A program made the translations under genes and the position numbers. The notes under the pieces were generated by a model. That model searched no databases. It was not told the DNA's origin and worked only from the letters and a program-made list of their open reading frames with translations. A stretch of 64,000 nt of DNA from positions 2,311 through 66,310 of the forward strand of contig GG730040.1 of assembly GCA_002412065.1 (NCBI GenBank). The letters are read 5' to 3'. Shown here in pieces: positions 47,722 to 57,171 of this stretch. Source of the DNA: Candidatus Parvarchaeum acidiphilum ARMAN-4. GTDB lineage: Archaea; Nanobdellota; Nanobdellia; Parvarchaeales; Parvarchaeaceae. Every line of letters begins with the position of its first letter. Positions within the stretch are counted from its first letter, which is position 1.

Positions 47722-47907
47722 TTAAGTCGTGAATGTTTTAAATTCCGCTTGCTTTTTGTTGATGTCTTTTTTATAAGTTTCATTGCTTACTGTATGGTTT
47801 TTAACCGTGAATGTCCTCCCGCAATAGAAGCATTTTACTTCTTTTAAAGCAGAAGTTTTTCTGTATTTACCGCATTTAGGGCACTTAACAATCCTGTAAA
47901 CAGTCAT
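47722..47907 (-). CDS. small zinc-ribbon protein (61 aa)
   Basis: CPKC...CFYC in a basic protein. Translationally coupled to the upstream minD-like gene (ATGA overlap). Confidence 0.5.
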   Translation of the reverse strand: MTVYRIVKCPKCGKYRKTSALKEVKCFYCGRTFTVKNHTVSNETYKKDINKKQAEFKTFTT

Positions 47908-48623
47908 ATTTTTATTAATTGCTTTGCTAGATTAGTTATATCCTTAGCAGCAAAGCTTTTTGGAGAAGACAAAACTAAAGGAACACCTATTTTTAATGCA
48001 TTATACACCTTTTTGTCATCCCTAATCCTCCATACGTTTTTTATTTCCATAAGGTCCTTTGTTTCTTTTTCTGTCATTTGATCTTTTATTCTGTTATTTA
48101 CTTTGTTTATTACAAGTCCAATTATATTGATATTTGCGTTTTCTAGTTCTTCTTTTAGTTTTTTAGCTTCTATTATAGAGGTTATATCCGGATTAGACAC
48201 TATAAGACTGCTGGCATTTTTGATTAGTTTTATAAAATTTATCTCATAAGACGGTCTTGAGTCTATTATTATGAAATCATATCTATCTTCAATCTTTTCA
48301 ATGTAACGGTTTATGTTTATTAGTTTGTTTGGCAGTCTGCTCTCTTCGGTTCTTGTTACCCTTGAAGGTAAAATGTGGAATTTGGGGTTATCTCCCATGT
48401 ATATGGCATTTTCAATTTCGGTTCTACCGTTCAATACATCTTCTAATGAGTACTTAAACCCAACAAAGCCATAATAAATCGCGACATGTGGAGTTTCTAG
48501 GTTTGCGTCTATAAGTAAGGCACTTTTATTTAATTCAGAAATAGCTGTAGCTAAGTTCACAGATGTAGTTGTTTTTCCTACACCGCCTTTTGGGCTCATC
48601 ACTACTATAATCTTAGCCGACAT
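47904..48623 (-). CDS. minD: MinD/ParA-family P-loop ATPase
   Basis: Deviant Walker A IVVMSPKGGVGKTTTSVNLA. Walker B-like FIIIDSRP. Confidence 0.85.
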   Translation of the reverse strand: MSAKIIVVMSPKGGVGKTTTSVNLATAISELNKSALLIDANLETPHVAIYYGFVGFKYSLEDVLNGRTEIENAIYMGDNPKFHILPSRVTRTEESRLPNKLININRYIEKIEDRYDFIIIDSRPSYEINFIKLIKNASSLIVSNPDITSIIEAKKLKEELENANINIIGLVINKVNNRIKDQMTEKETKDLMEIKNVWRIRDDKKVYNALKIGVPLVLSSPKSFAAKDITNLAKQLIKI

Positions 48624-48655
48624 ATTAATAATAAAAGATGAACTAATTAATATTT

Positions 48656-49180
48656 ATGGATACTGAGAAAAAGTGCGTAATTTGTGGCCGAGAGGCAGTT
48701 TTTTACTCAGCATACCTAAAGCAGGATCTTTGTAAAAAACACTTTGAAAGAATGCTGATAAAAAGAGTTAAGTCAAACATGAATTCATATAAAATAAAAA
48801 ATCAGAATTTTAAATTAGGCAGCGAAAACAAATGTGGAAAAGAATTTTTAAAATTTGTTTTTAGGGGCATGGAAAGTGAGAATGGAAAAGAGTTATGTTC
48901 TTATACTCTGGAGGATTTTGCGATTTCAGTTATGAGCTTTTTTCTTTTTCATGAACCTTCTAATAAAAAAATAGAAGGCAATGAAAAGTTTGATCCGCTG
49001 TTTAATGTTTCTGAGAAAGAAATAATTAGCTTTTTTAGGCTAAAAAAAATCAAATTAAATGAAATAAAAAGGAACAAGAAGGAAGAAACGGTTCTCTCAT
49101 TTTTAAGAGACATAGAAGAACGTCGTCCAGGGGGCATGATTTCTTTAGTAAAAGCAGGGATAAACTTAGGAATTATTTAG
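48656..49180 (+). CDS. hypothetical protein with N-terminal Cys-x2-Cys (174 aa)
   Basis: MDTEKKCVICGRE...LCKKHF; otherwise unrecognised. Confidence 0.4.
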   Translation: MDTEKKCVICGREAVFYSAYLKQDLCKKHFERMLIKRVKSNMNSYKIKNQNFKLGSENKCGKEFLKFVFRGMESENGKELCSYTLEDFAISVMSFFLFHEPSNKKIEGNEKFDPLFNVSEKEIISFFRLKKIKLNEIKRNKKEETVLSFLRDIEERRPGGMISLVKAGINLGII

Positions 49181-49445
49181 CTTTATAATACCTTTTATTT
49201 ACTGTGTTACCCCAACTAAAATTTCCAATTTCATTTTTATTCTCAACTGTCACCTTTCCCTCCTTTAATGCAAGGTACAAATAATGGTAGACAAGCCTGC
49301 TTGAAATTTTTCTCCCTGTTTTTTTGAGCGTTTTATATATCTCATAACCGGTTTTGTTGCCATTTGATAGCTCGGCTAATATTGCTTCCATAAGCTCTTT
49401 GTCTATTTTTCTTACCATTTTAGCTACATTGTGGCATCGATTCAT
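49173..49445 (-). CDS. small winged-helix transcriptional regulator (PadR/ArsR-like)
   Basis: LMEAILAELSNGNKTGYEIYKTLKKTGRKISSRLVYHYLYLALKEGKV is a typical recognition helix and wing. Confidence 0.5.
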   Translation of the reverse strand: MNRCHNVAKMVRKIDKELMEAILAELSNGNKTGYEIYKTLKKTGRKISSRLVYHYLYLALKEGKVTVENKNEIGNFSWGNTVNKRYYKAK

Positions 49446-49926
49446 TTATAGAAAGGCATATGTACTTTAATATATCATTATAAGCAGTTTGATTGTTTGC
49501 GAATCCGCCAACCTTATAGTACTTTCCATTAAATATGATCATCGGAACGCGGTTTATCCCTACCTGATTAAATATTGAAACTGCTGAATCTGGCAAGTTA
49601 TCAGTTGTATTGCTATTGTATGCAGATATATTAAATTTCCAAGCACAAAAATACCCACTGTAAAATGTATTGTTTCCCCATAAACCAAAAAGGGAAGTTA
49701 CATTTTGAAATGAATTCACAGTATCTGTGCAAGTTCTGCAATTATCAGCATAATAAATAATTAATGAAGGCTCATTCTGTGAGCATAGCCCTGACATGTT
49801 TAAGTTAGTTTCATGAAATGAATAAAAGTTGTTTAATGAATAAGTTTGGTAATAAAAGAATATCGCTATTATTAAAAGCACAACGATTATAACAGTATAC
49901 AAATAATATCTAAATCTAGTTAGCAT
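49420..49926 (-). CDS. membrane-anchored thioredoxin-fold protein with CxxC (extracytoplasmic thiol-disulfide oxidoreductase candidate)
   Basis: N-terminal TM (YLYTVIIVVLLIIAIFFYY), then LIIYYADNCRTCTD (CxxC) and RVPMIIFNGKYY (thioredoxin-fold cis-Pro region). Several N-x-S/T sequons. Confidence 0.6.
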   Translation of the reverse strand: MLTRFRYYLYTVIIVVLLIIAIFFYYQTYSLNNFYSFHETNLNMSGLCSQNEPSLIIYYADNCRTCTDTVNSFQNVTSLFGLWGNNTFYSGYFCAWKFNISAYNSNTTDNLPDSAVSIFNQVGINRVPMIIFNGKYYKVGGFANNQTAYNDILKYICLSINESMPQCS

Positions 49927-50215
49927 AAAATGAAATGTTTAATTTTTCTATTTCGTTTTGGCTGCAGCTGTTTCCTTTATTGACTATGCATATGTTAGTG
50001 TAATTGCCTAAATCCTTATAGACATAACTGTAGGCGGGGGATGAAAAATAAGAAGGATCAACTATAAGATTGAATATTTTTGAATAGCTACAGGAAGTTG
50101 CATTTATAAGTCTATAAACTTGAAATTGAAAAGGGCTGTATATCCCAGTTTCATTGTTATAATTGAAGATATGCCCGTTTCCCTTAAAAACAATGTTTAT
50201 AGTCATCTGTTTCAT
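49916..50215 (-). CDS. hypothetical small protein (99 aa), Cys- and N-sequon-containing
   Basis: ORF in the operon with flanking secreted proteins. No TM. Confidence 0.3.
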   Translation of the reverse strand: MKQMTINIVFKGNGHIFNYNNETGIYSPFQFQVYRLINATSCSYSKIFNLIVDPSYFSSPAYSYVYKDLGNYTNICIVNKGNSCSQNEIEKLNISFYAN

Positions 50216-50240
50216 TTTTAATAAGGAGTTTATTATATCA

Positions 50241-50811
50241 CTATAATTTGTGCTCCCTTTTGAATAAATTTAAGTCATATTTCAGTGGATTAACGATCGA
50301 ATAATTCTGTAATCCAGATGCGGCTATCTCAGAATAATATGCCTTCATCTGTGAATAAGTGATATTAAAAAGTTGTATTATCTCAGTAGAGTTAAGTTTA
50401 TTATCTATAAATTGGTAAAGCTGGCTTTCTGCAGCAGTGCAGTTTGTGTAATTTTCAACACTGCACATTGATACAAGAGAGATATCTCTTAATATATCGC
50501 TGTATTCTTTTTGTACTTCTGACGAATTTATGGGTATTGTCGGAGCAAGAGGTTCCATTTCATAAGTACACTCATTAAACGATTGAGTTGTTTGATAATC
50601 CCCCATAGAAATAGTATAAGTCTTTGTCCGATAGCATACTTAAATTTATATTGTAACTGGAAATAAAATCCCCAAGTTTTATGCTGTTTGAGAGATTTTG
50701 AGGCTTGTTTATAAAAGTCGGCTTAAAGGGGTAAACATACAATATTGCAGTAAAAGCTGCAAGTAATATAACCAATACAATTAGTACTTTTATTACGCCA
50801 TTACTTTCCAT
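50241..50811 (-). CDS. membrane-anchored small secreted protein, probably one gene split at a G5 run (50581-50585) into ORFs 50575..50811 and 50241..50606
   Basis: The upstream ORF gives a TM anchor (VIKVLIVLVILLAAFTAILYVY) ending ...YYFYGGLSNNSIV*. Removing one G fuses it to YQTTQSFNECTYEMEP..., a 4-Cys N-sequon-rich domain. Confidence 0.4.
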
Positions 50812-51598
50812 CAGCTAATTTTTCGCTTATTTTCTTTGCGGTTTCTTCTGGTGAATAATTTATTCTGTTTATTCCTAGAATATCAATAGGATCAATATTT
50901 CCAGACATAACTTCTATCTCAAAGTGTTCTGCTCCTGACTGTTTTATACAAAAAGTTATGTCCTTTTTGATTTTTTTAGTTATTTTAATCAAAAAGTTTG
51001 CTATATCAAACGCCAAAACATTATCTATTTCCTCTGCAGGAGTGTGTTTTATAGTCGTTATCCTGAGAAGCTCGTTCTTTTTCGGTGAAAATGGAGTATA
51101 AGCTATTAATTTCTCTGTTTTGTATACTTCTCTGTTGCCAGTATAGTTTAAGCTTTCACATACATGGCATTTTTCGGTATTATGCATTGGTACCGGCAAA
51201 ACAACTAAATCCCAGTAATCATGACCATTAACATACCTGCTTACAGAGATGTTCTTCCCTAAGTCGTAATTTTTCAATTCGTTAAGTCTCTCGCTTATTA
51301 TTATCAAAAGTTTCTCTATATCATCAGCAGAATAGCTTAAAAAGTTTGAAGAATGCTTTTCATTTTCTACAATTAATTCTTCGTATCCGTGTGCATTGGA
51401 GTGTTTAAAAAATGTTCCTTCCAACTGGTATTTAGAAGGCTGTACTCTATCTTTCACTTCATATATCTTTATATATCCTCCTTTAAACTCTATTGATTTT
51501 ATGCTATTTTTTAGCGGCATACATTCCCTGCAGCCAGCTTTTTCATTGCTTAGCAGGTCAAATGTCAGATCTACTGGGTCTAACCTAAACTCTTCCAT
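50801..51598 (-). CDS. hypothetical protein, possible GalT/HIT-like nucleotidyltransferase fold
   Basis: Cys pairs GCRECMP and CHVCES, and a His-containing FKHSNAHGYEELIVENEKH. The match is weak. Confidence 0.25.
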   Translation of the reverse strand: MEEFRLDPVDLTFDLLSNEKAGCRECMPLKNSIKSIEFKGGYIKIYEVKDRVQPSKYQLEGTFFKHSNAHGYEELIVENEKHSSNFLSYSADDIEKLLIIISERLNELKNYDLGKNISVSRYVNGHDYWDLVVLPVPMHNTEKCHVCESLNYTGNREVYKTEKLIAYTPFSPKKNELLRITTIKHTPAEEIDNVLAFDIANFLIKITKKIKKDITFCIKQSGAEHFEIEVMSGNIDPIDILGINRINYSPEETAKKISEKLADGK

Positions 51599-53176
51599 TT
51601 AGCCCTCCAATCTCCCGATTATTCTTGCGTATGCTGGCCTTGTAATGAGCAAACCTATTAATGAAGCCAATATTGTGGTAAGTGCGAATCCTGCGAATAA
51701 ACTTGCAGTTGAAAACAGCAATGGGAACATTATCGCTGCGAAGGAAAAGAAGGAAACAAATATTATGAAAAAGGCCCTACTTATTCTCTTTTTAGTAACA
51801 GCATACTCTATTTGGGAAGAACCCCTTCTCATTTCATCAGTTATTATTATCTGGTCATCAACCGAGATACCTATGCTTGCTATTATACCTGCCATGCTTG
51901 GTATATCTAAAGTCCAATGTATTACTGCAGCTACGCCGATAACTATGAATATTTCCGTTATACTTGTTATAAGTATTAATGAAGATATCTTATAATCCCT
52001 ATATCTCAAAAATATTACTACACTTACAAGTATGAATGCAATTAAAAGTAAAACATATATCTGCTTTATAAATTGGCTGCCCGCAGTTGGCGAAACCGAG
52101 CTTATTGAAACTATTTTTAATGGGACTGGAAGGCTTCCAGATTGCATGACTGCTTGTAGGGTTTTCATGTCTGCAGTAGCCTGTTGTTGGTCTGTGCCGC
52201 TTCCTTCTATTGTTATTGCACCGTTAAAGTTTGTTAATATATTCTCCGAGATTAAGAGTGGTTGGCCCTGCTCTACCCCGTTTAGATATAAATGTATTCT
52301 TTTATTGAAGTAACCTGGGTTAGTAGTAGATGGCTTTAATGCTTTTACCGCATCTTCAAAGTTCTTTGCTGCGCCTGAAGCAAGCTGTATACCAAACTGG
52401 AATTGGTAGCCGTTTGATGCGCTTGGAGGTTGGTAAACCCCAAATGGACAGCCAGAAGAAAGACACACGTCTAATATGCTATCGCTTGAATTGCTACTGT
52501 TAAACACTGTAACATTTCCTATGGTTGCATAGAATTTACCCTGATTCTGTATCAATGATAAAGCCTGGCTTTCTCCTATATTTGGCATGCTTACCATTAT
52601 AAATGAATTTCCAGAAAGAGCTTGTACTGTGCTGACAGTAGTACCGCTTATGCCATATACATCCAATCTTTTTGAAAGAGTAGTTTCCAAGTTTGAAATA
52701 ATCGTAGAATTATAGCTTGTAGAGTTTGGGACCACCTCTATCTGTGTACCGCCTATTATGTCTAGCCCATAGTTCAAGTGGGTGTATGGAACGTTTTCTG
52801 TTTGTATTGTTGATGAATTAAAGGTTGTGTTCGGTTCTACGAATATGTGTGTTGTATTGCTTATAAGAATATACGGGAAAATCTCATTTTCATAGGTTAA
52901 ACTCAATGAAGTATTGACTATTGCGCTTTTGTTCAATTGTGCGTAGAATTGCTGGATGTTATGTACTGGAACTCCGTCTACAGCAGTTATTATAGACCCT
53001 GTTTGCAAACCTATAACACCTCTTGAACTCAAATTTCCTATGTATGAGTTGACAGGCATATACACTACCTGTGCACCATTAACATTTGTAAGATTTGGCT
53101 GTATTGCAAGGAAAGATACTACTACCAATACAATCATTAATATTATCCTCCAGTCATAAAAGATCGATTTTACCAT
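51599..53176 (-). CDS. secD: protein-export membrane protein SecD
   Basis: N-terminal TM, a large extracytoplasmic domain, then six C-terminal TM helices (ISVDDQIIITDEMRRG...). Immediately downstream of secF. Confidence 0.75.
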   Translation of the reverse strand: MVKSIFYDWRIILMIVLVVVSFLAIQPNLTNVNGAQVVYMPVNSYIGNLSSRGVIGLQTGSIITAVDGVPVHNIQQFYAQLNKSAIVNTSLSLTYENEIFPYILISNTTHIFVEPNTTFNSSTIQTENVPYTHLNYGLDIIGGTQIEVVPNSTSYNSTIISNLETTLSKRLDVYGISGTTVSTVQALSGNSFIMVSMPNIGESQALSLIQNQGKFYATIGNVTVFNSSNSSDSILDVCLSSGCPFGVYQPPSASNGYQFQFGIQLASGAAKNFEDAVKALKPSTTNPGYFNKRIHLYLNGVEQGQPLLISENILTNFNGAITIEGSGTDQQQATADMKTLQAVMQSGSLPVPLKIVSISSVSPTAGSQFIKQIYVLLLIAFILVSVVIFLRYRDYKISSLILITSITEIFIVIGVAAVIHWTLDIPSMAGIIASIGISVDDQIIITDEMRRGSSQIEYAVTKKRISRAFFIIFVSFFSFAAIMFPLLFSTASLFAGFALTTILASLIGLLITRPAYARIIGRLEG

Positions 53177-53177
53177 A

Positions 53178-54113
53178 TCACACCTTAGCTACCTGTTTTT
53201 CTACCTCTTTAAATTTCAAGCCGTATAACTGAGTAGAACCATTTAATATCCAGACTGTAAAGTCATCAAATATAACTCCTATTATCAGTATTATTGCTAT
53301 TTCATGAAGAGTCGAATTAGTTGTTCCTAGGAACAGAATAAGAAATGTTACCAAAGCTGCAGCATCCATGGTAAGTGAAGTTTTTATGGTTTTAGCTAAA
53401 CGATAATGCATACTTGCTTCCTCTCTTTTCAATATGTTTGTTGCCAATATTATATTTCGATCTGCAGAATAACCCATTATCATAAGTATTCCTGCAATAG
53501 AAGCAGTTGAAAAGCTAAATCCTATAATGTCAAGAACCCCCACAATATTGATTACATCACTTATTATACTTATTACATTTGAAAATGCCTGCCACATGCT
53601 TCTAAAGTAGAAAAGAGAAACAGCTGCTACAAGCACGAATGCTATACCTAGCAATATCAAAGAGCTGTAAAGAGAGCTTTGAGCAAGCGTTGCACTTACA
53701 AAGTCTACGCTTGAATCTTTGCTGTTTACAGGTATTTTAAGTACGCTTGAAATGCTGTTTTCCAATAAAGTTGTATTTACATTCTTTCCAACGGTTATTG
53801 AATACCCTGTTATAGTATTTGTAAACGGCGCTTTTACGACGCTTACCGTGACGCTTTGTTTAAGATCTGTTCCCAAAGAGCTTGCTATCAGCGTAGGAGA
53901 AATACTTTGGTTTGTACTAATTACTATGTTTGTCCCTCCCGCTAGTGATATTCCTTCATTCACAATTTGGCCGTGAACATGGTAATAATAGCCTATAAAT
54001 GAAGCAAAAAATATAACGAAAATTATGGGTATAAATATCATTTTTCTATAGTTCTTAAGATAATATTCAACTACATTATCTATCGTTTTGCTCACCTCAT
54101 TTCTTATACCCAT
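53178..54113 (-). CDS. secF: protein-export membrane protein SecF
   Basis: 311 aa, N-terminal TM plus periplasmic domain, then a 5-TM bundle (GILMIMGYSADRNIIL). Confidence 0.75.
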   Translation of the reverse strand: MGIRNEVSKTIDNVVEYYLKNYRKMIFIPIIFVIFFASFIGYYYHVHGQIVNEGISLAGGTNIVISTNQSISPTLIASSLGTDLKQSVTVSVVKAPFTNTITGYSITVGKNVNTTLLENSISSVLKIPVNSKDSSVDFVSATLAQSSLYSSLILLGIAFVLVAAVSLFYFRSMWQAFSNVISIISDVINIVGVLDIIGFSFSTASIAGILMIMGYSADRNIILATNILKREEASMHYRLAKTIKTSLTMDAAALVTFLILFLGTTNSTLHEIAIILIIGVIFDDFTVWILNGSTQLYGLKFKEVEKQVAKV

Positions 54114-54178
54114 AAAGAATTTCTAAGCTCTGATTTTATTAATTCTTAATGTATTTGCGCTTTTAAAGGCTTTTTGTT

Positions 54179-54913
54179 CTATTTTTTAAAGTAGTATCCG
54201 TCATATAAAGCGTTGGCTTTTTCCTTGTCCTGTAGTGTGTAATACAACTGTAACATTACCCTTTTTAAAGGCTTTTTCCAGAGATTTTTTCCCTTTGTAA
54301 GATTGTAATCCAATAAAAATTCTTTATCATCATCATTTTTACAGTAGCTCCATATATTGTCTTTAAGCATGTAGATTTTGTATAATTCAACATCACCATT
54401 GTACTTTTTATCTTTCTCCTGTGTTATTGTCCTGCTTATAGCCCTTGCAACTTTATACCTTTCGTTCTCTGTCAAATGAGCAGCGTTTATCGAAAGAGAA
54501 AACCTTACCTCATCTAGGCCATTAAATATCTCATTTAGTTTAAATGAATTATATGCGTTTTCAACTATGTTTATTTTCTTTAGTATGTTCTTTTTTCTGT
54601 GTTTGAGTAACTCATCGGCCCTTGCTGTCTCCACCTCAATTATCTCACACACATTTTTGCCGTTATCGTTGTAAAGTAAAATAATGTCTGCGTTCCAACA
54701 ATCTATTCCGGGTTCCGTTAATAATTTTTTATTTTTGTAGTGTTTTCTTTCTTTATTATAAAGTCTCAATGGGTATTCTCCATCTGCATAATCTATATCT
54801 TTCTTTTTTTCGATATAAGAAAAAGTTGAAACCTGCATTAATTTATGGATTATAGAGGGATTTTGGTCTATAGTATTCGTTATCAGTAACTCTTCAAGTC
54901 CTCTCTTCCCCAC
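54179..54913 (-). CDS. hypothetical protein (244 aa, Lys/Tyr/Asn-rich)
   Basis: Clean ORF with no motif recognised. Confidence 0.4.
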   Translation of the reverse strand: MGKRGLEELLITNTIDQNPSIIHKLMQVSTFSYIEKKKDIDYADGEYPLRLYNKERKHYKNKKLLTEPGIDCWNADIILLYNDNGKNVCEIIEVETARADELLKHRKKNILKKINIVENAYNSFKLNEIFNGLDEVRFSLSINAAHLTENERYKVARAISRTITQEKDKKYNGDVELYKIYMLKDNIWSYCKNDDDKEFLLDYNLTKGKNLWKKPLKRVMLQLYYTLQDKEKANALYDGYYFKK

Positions 54914-54964
54914 ATGTAAAATAGACCATAAATAGTATAAATATCCTCTGCTTTTAATCTAAAT

Positions 54965-55618
54965 ATGAAAGGCCAGTTTTCATTTGAATTCATGATAGAT
55001 GTTGCATTTGTTTTAGTTCTAATAGCCTTCATAGCAGTTTTCTTTGCGCATATCTCCGCTGGAAATCCAACGGTTTCAGATATGAATGGGATTTGTTATG
55101 AGATGGCCGATTCAATAAATTCCATGGCAAACTCCAATGGTTTTCAAACTATACAGTACTTGCCGTTACTTACATTTACAAAACAGGAGAATTACACAAT
55201 AAACGTTTCAAATGGAATAATAATAATATATGAAAAGTCACTTTATGGAGGAAAATTACTTGCAGGGCAGGATTTAACTTCATGCGGTGCAGATACTGCG
55301 CTCACAGAAAATGAATCATTTGGTTTATCAAATCTTGTTTTGTATACAAACCAAACAAACATTGCATTGGCCTATGCTTATGCCAATTACTCCGGCAACC
55401 TCCCAAATTACATCTTTGTAGGCGGATTTACAGGTGCGGTTAATTTGTCATTGGACTATTCAAATGGTACTATCACTACATTAGATGTTCAGAATTCGCC
55501 ATTTACATACTTTGCAGATACAAAATCTATTCCATTACCGGCTGGTGTTTATAATTTTGTAGCAACTAGCGTGGCCTCTCCTGACATTTACGTCGATTTG
55601 CCTTTTTCAGTCGGTTAA
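54965..55618 (+). CDS. archaeal type IV pilin-like protein (class III signal peptide)
   Basis: MKG|QFSFEFMIDVAFVLVLIAFIAVFFAHI. The mature domain is Asn/Thr/Tyr-rich. Confidence 0.7.
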   Translation: MKGQFSFEFMIDVAFVLVLIAFIAVFFAHISAGNPTVSDMNGICYEMADSINSMANSNGFQTIQYLPLLTFTKQENYTINVSNGIIIIYEKSLYGGKLLAGQDLTSCGADTALTENESFGLSNLVLYTNQTNIALAYAYANYSGNLPNYIFVGGFTGAVNLSLDYSNGTITTLDVQNSPFTYFADTKSIPLPAGVYNFVATSVASPDIYVDLPFSVG

Positions 55619-55685
55619 TTTTATTTTTTTACTTTTTTAAAAGGTAAACATAAAGCTTAAATATGATTATTTTTTAATGTAACCT

Positions 55686-56162
55686 ATGGCAAAAGGACAG
55701 TCAGCATTAGAATACATGATGACTTATGGTTGGGCAATACTAATCATAGTTATCGTAGCTGTAATCTTGTATTCTATGGGAATTTTCAACCCTAGAGCAA
55801 GTGTAACTGCAACAAGTAGTGGGTTCAGCCCATTCGCAGCAAGTGCAGCAGTCTGCAGTAGCAGTAGTAGTAAATTAACAGTAGCTTTTACTGTTGGTGG
55901 ACTACCTAACGGAGCTTCTTCTGCAACCATAACTGGAGCAAGTTACTCGTCTGGAAGTGGAATTAGTCCGGCTATTAACTCTGGCACAGCAAGCCCAACG
56001 GTGGTGTCTTCTGGTAGCAGCTTTAATGTAACCTTCAGCACTGTAACATGTACACCAGGGGTTGGATTTAGTGCTTCTGGTGTAGTGAACTACTCCGTTA
56101 CAACAGCAGCAGGTACTGCAACTTACTCTGCAACAGGAACAATAGCAGGAACAGGCAGCTAA
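55686..56162 (+). CDS. archaeal type IV pilin-like protein (class III signal peptide), Ser/Thr/Ala/Gly-rich
   Basis: MAKG|QSALEYMMTYGWAILIIVIVAVILYS, then a low-complexity S/T/A/G domain. Confidence 0.7.
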   Translation: MAKGQSALEYMMTYGWAILIIVIVAVILYSMGIFNPRASVTATSSGFSPFAASAAVCSSSSSKLTVAFTVGGLPNGASSATITGASYSSGSGISPAINSGTASPTVVSSGSSFNVTFSTVTCTPGVGFSASGVVNYSVTTAAGTATYSATGTIAGTGS

Positions 56163-56169
56163 AAATGAT

Positions 56170-56205
56170 TTGATTTTTTATTTTTTTATTTAATTTTTAT
56201 TGCCT
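56170..56205 (+). terminator. T-rich tract after the pilin gene (candidate archaeal terminator)
   Basis: Begins 8 nt after the stop: gatttgattttttatttttttatttaatttttattg. Confidence 0.25.
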
Positions 56206-56224
56206 TGTTGATGTAACTGTTAAT

Positions 56225-56899
56225 CTAGTATTTTTGTTTTACACCGTACAGTATGCTTGTTTTAAAGTGGCTATCCAGTTTTTTCAAGTATTGTTCTGTT
56301 TTACTTTTAATTTTTCCCATGTTTTCAGAGGATAGCTTGAAATTGCTTATAGCATTAACAGGATCTCTTTTTTTCTTGTCGTTTATAGCTGAATTCGAAA
56401 AATAGCTAGAAAAGCTTTCTAAGGCCTCATTGACTTCATTTTTGTAAATAAAACTTGATATTGCGGTTATCCCTGCAATAGCTTCGATATAATTTTTTGA
56501 TTTAGATAATGCATACCTTGTGGCTTCAGATTCGGGGAAGGTTTTTGTAATGGAATAGTAATCTTTACTTATTTCAAGCAGTTTATAAAAATAATCGTTA
56601 ACGTTCTTATTTTTGTAGTTTATGCCGTGAGAATGGCCTAATTCATGATAAATTATAAATTTACAGCCTTCTTCTAATTCATTTAAATTCTTGTTTTCTA
56701 ATATAAAATACATCATGCGTTTCATTTTATTGGATATCCATATATTGTTATTTCCTAAAGAATACGCAATAGAATCACTGCAGTTTGGCAGCAAATTCCT
56801 GATAATTTTAAAGTCCTCCTCTATTCCAAGTTTTTTTGATATAAAATTACGATATTCCAAGTTATCTTTTAGCAAATTTGAAAGACTCTTGTTTTTCAT
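56225..56899 (-). CDS. hypothetical protein with HExxH zinc-metallopeptidase-like motif
   Basis: FIIYHELGHSHGINY contains HELGH. No signal peptide. Confidence 0.4.
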   Translation of the reverse strand: MKNKSLSNLLKDNLEYRNFISKKLGIEEDFKIIRNLLPNCSDSIAYSLGNNNIWISNKMKRMMYFILENKNLNELEEGCKFIIYHELGHSHGINYKNKNVNDYFYKLLEISKDYYSITKTFPESEATRYALSKSKNYIEAIAGITAISSFIYKNEVNEALESFSSYFSNSAINDKKKRDPVNAISNFKLSSENMGKIKSKTEQYLKKLDSHFKTSILYGVKQKY

Positions 56900-57171
56900 T
56901 TGTTTTTTAGATTTAAACTGGTATAAAAATGTTTATTTTGCAATTAGAACTAAAAAGAACTTAGTATATAATTTATAAAATACTAAATAGCTTTTATAAA
57001 AGGAGAAATAATTTACAGTTATTTTTATGCTTTTCCCGATGATAGTTATACTTCTGTTTGTTATTGAAATAATATTGATAATACTGCCTTTTTATAAATA
57101 ATGCTTTTTTTATTAAAATTCTTAATTAAATTTGGAAAAGTTTAATAAGAATGATTAGTTTTAGATAATTA
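56900..57171. promoter_or_regulatory. 272-nt AT-rich divergent intergenic region (candidate promoters for 56225..56899 and the HAD gene)
   Basis: Multiple TATA-like tracts (ttttataaa, tttataaata). No ORF. Confidence 0.25.

Noticed and set aside
51645-52313. Plus-strand ORFs 51645..51995 and 52032..52313
   Set aside because: Antisense to secD.
55724-55930. Minus-strand 68-aa ORF
   Set aside because: Antisense to the Ser/Thr/Ala-rich pilin gene.
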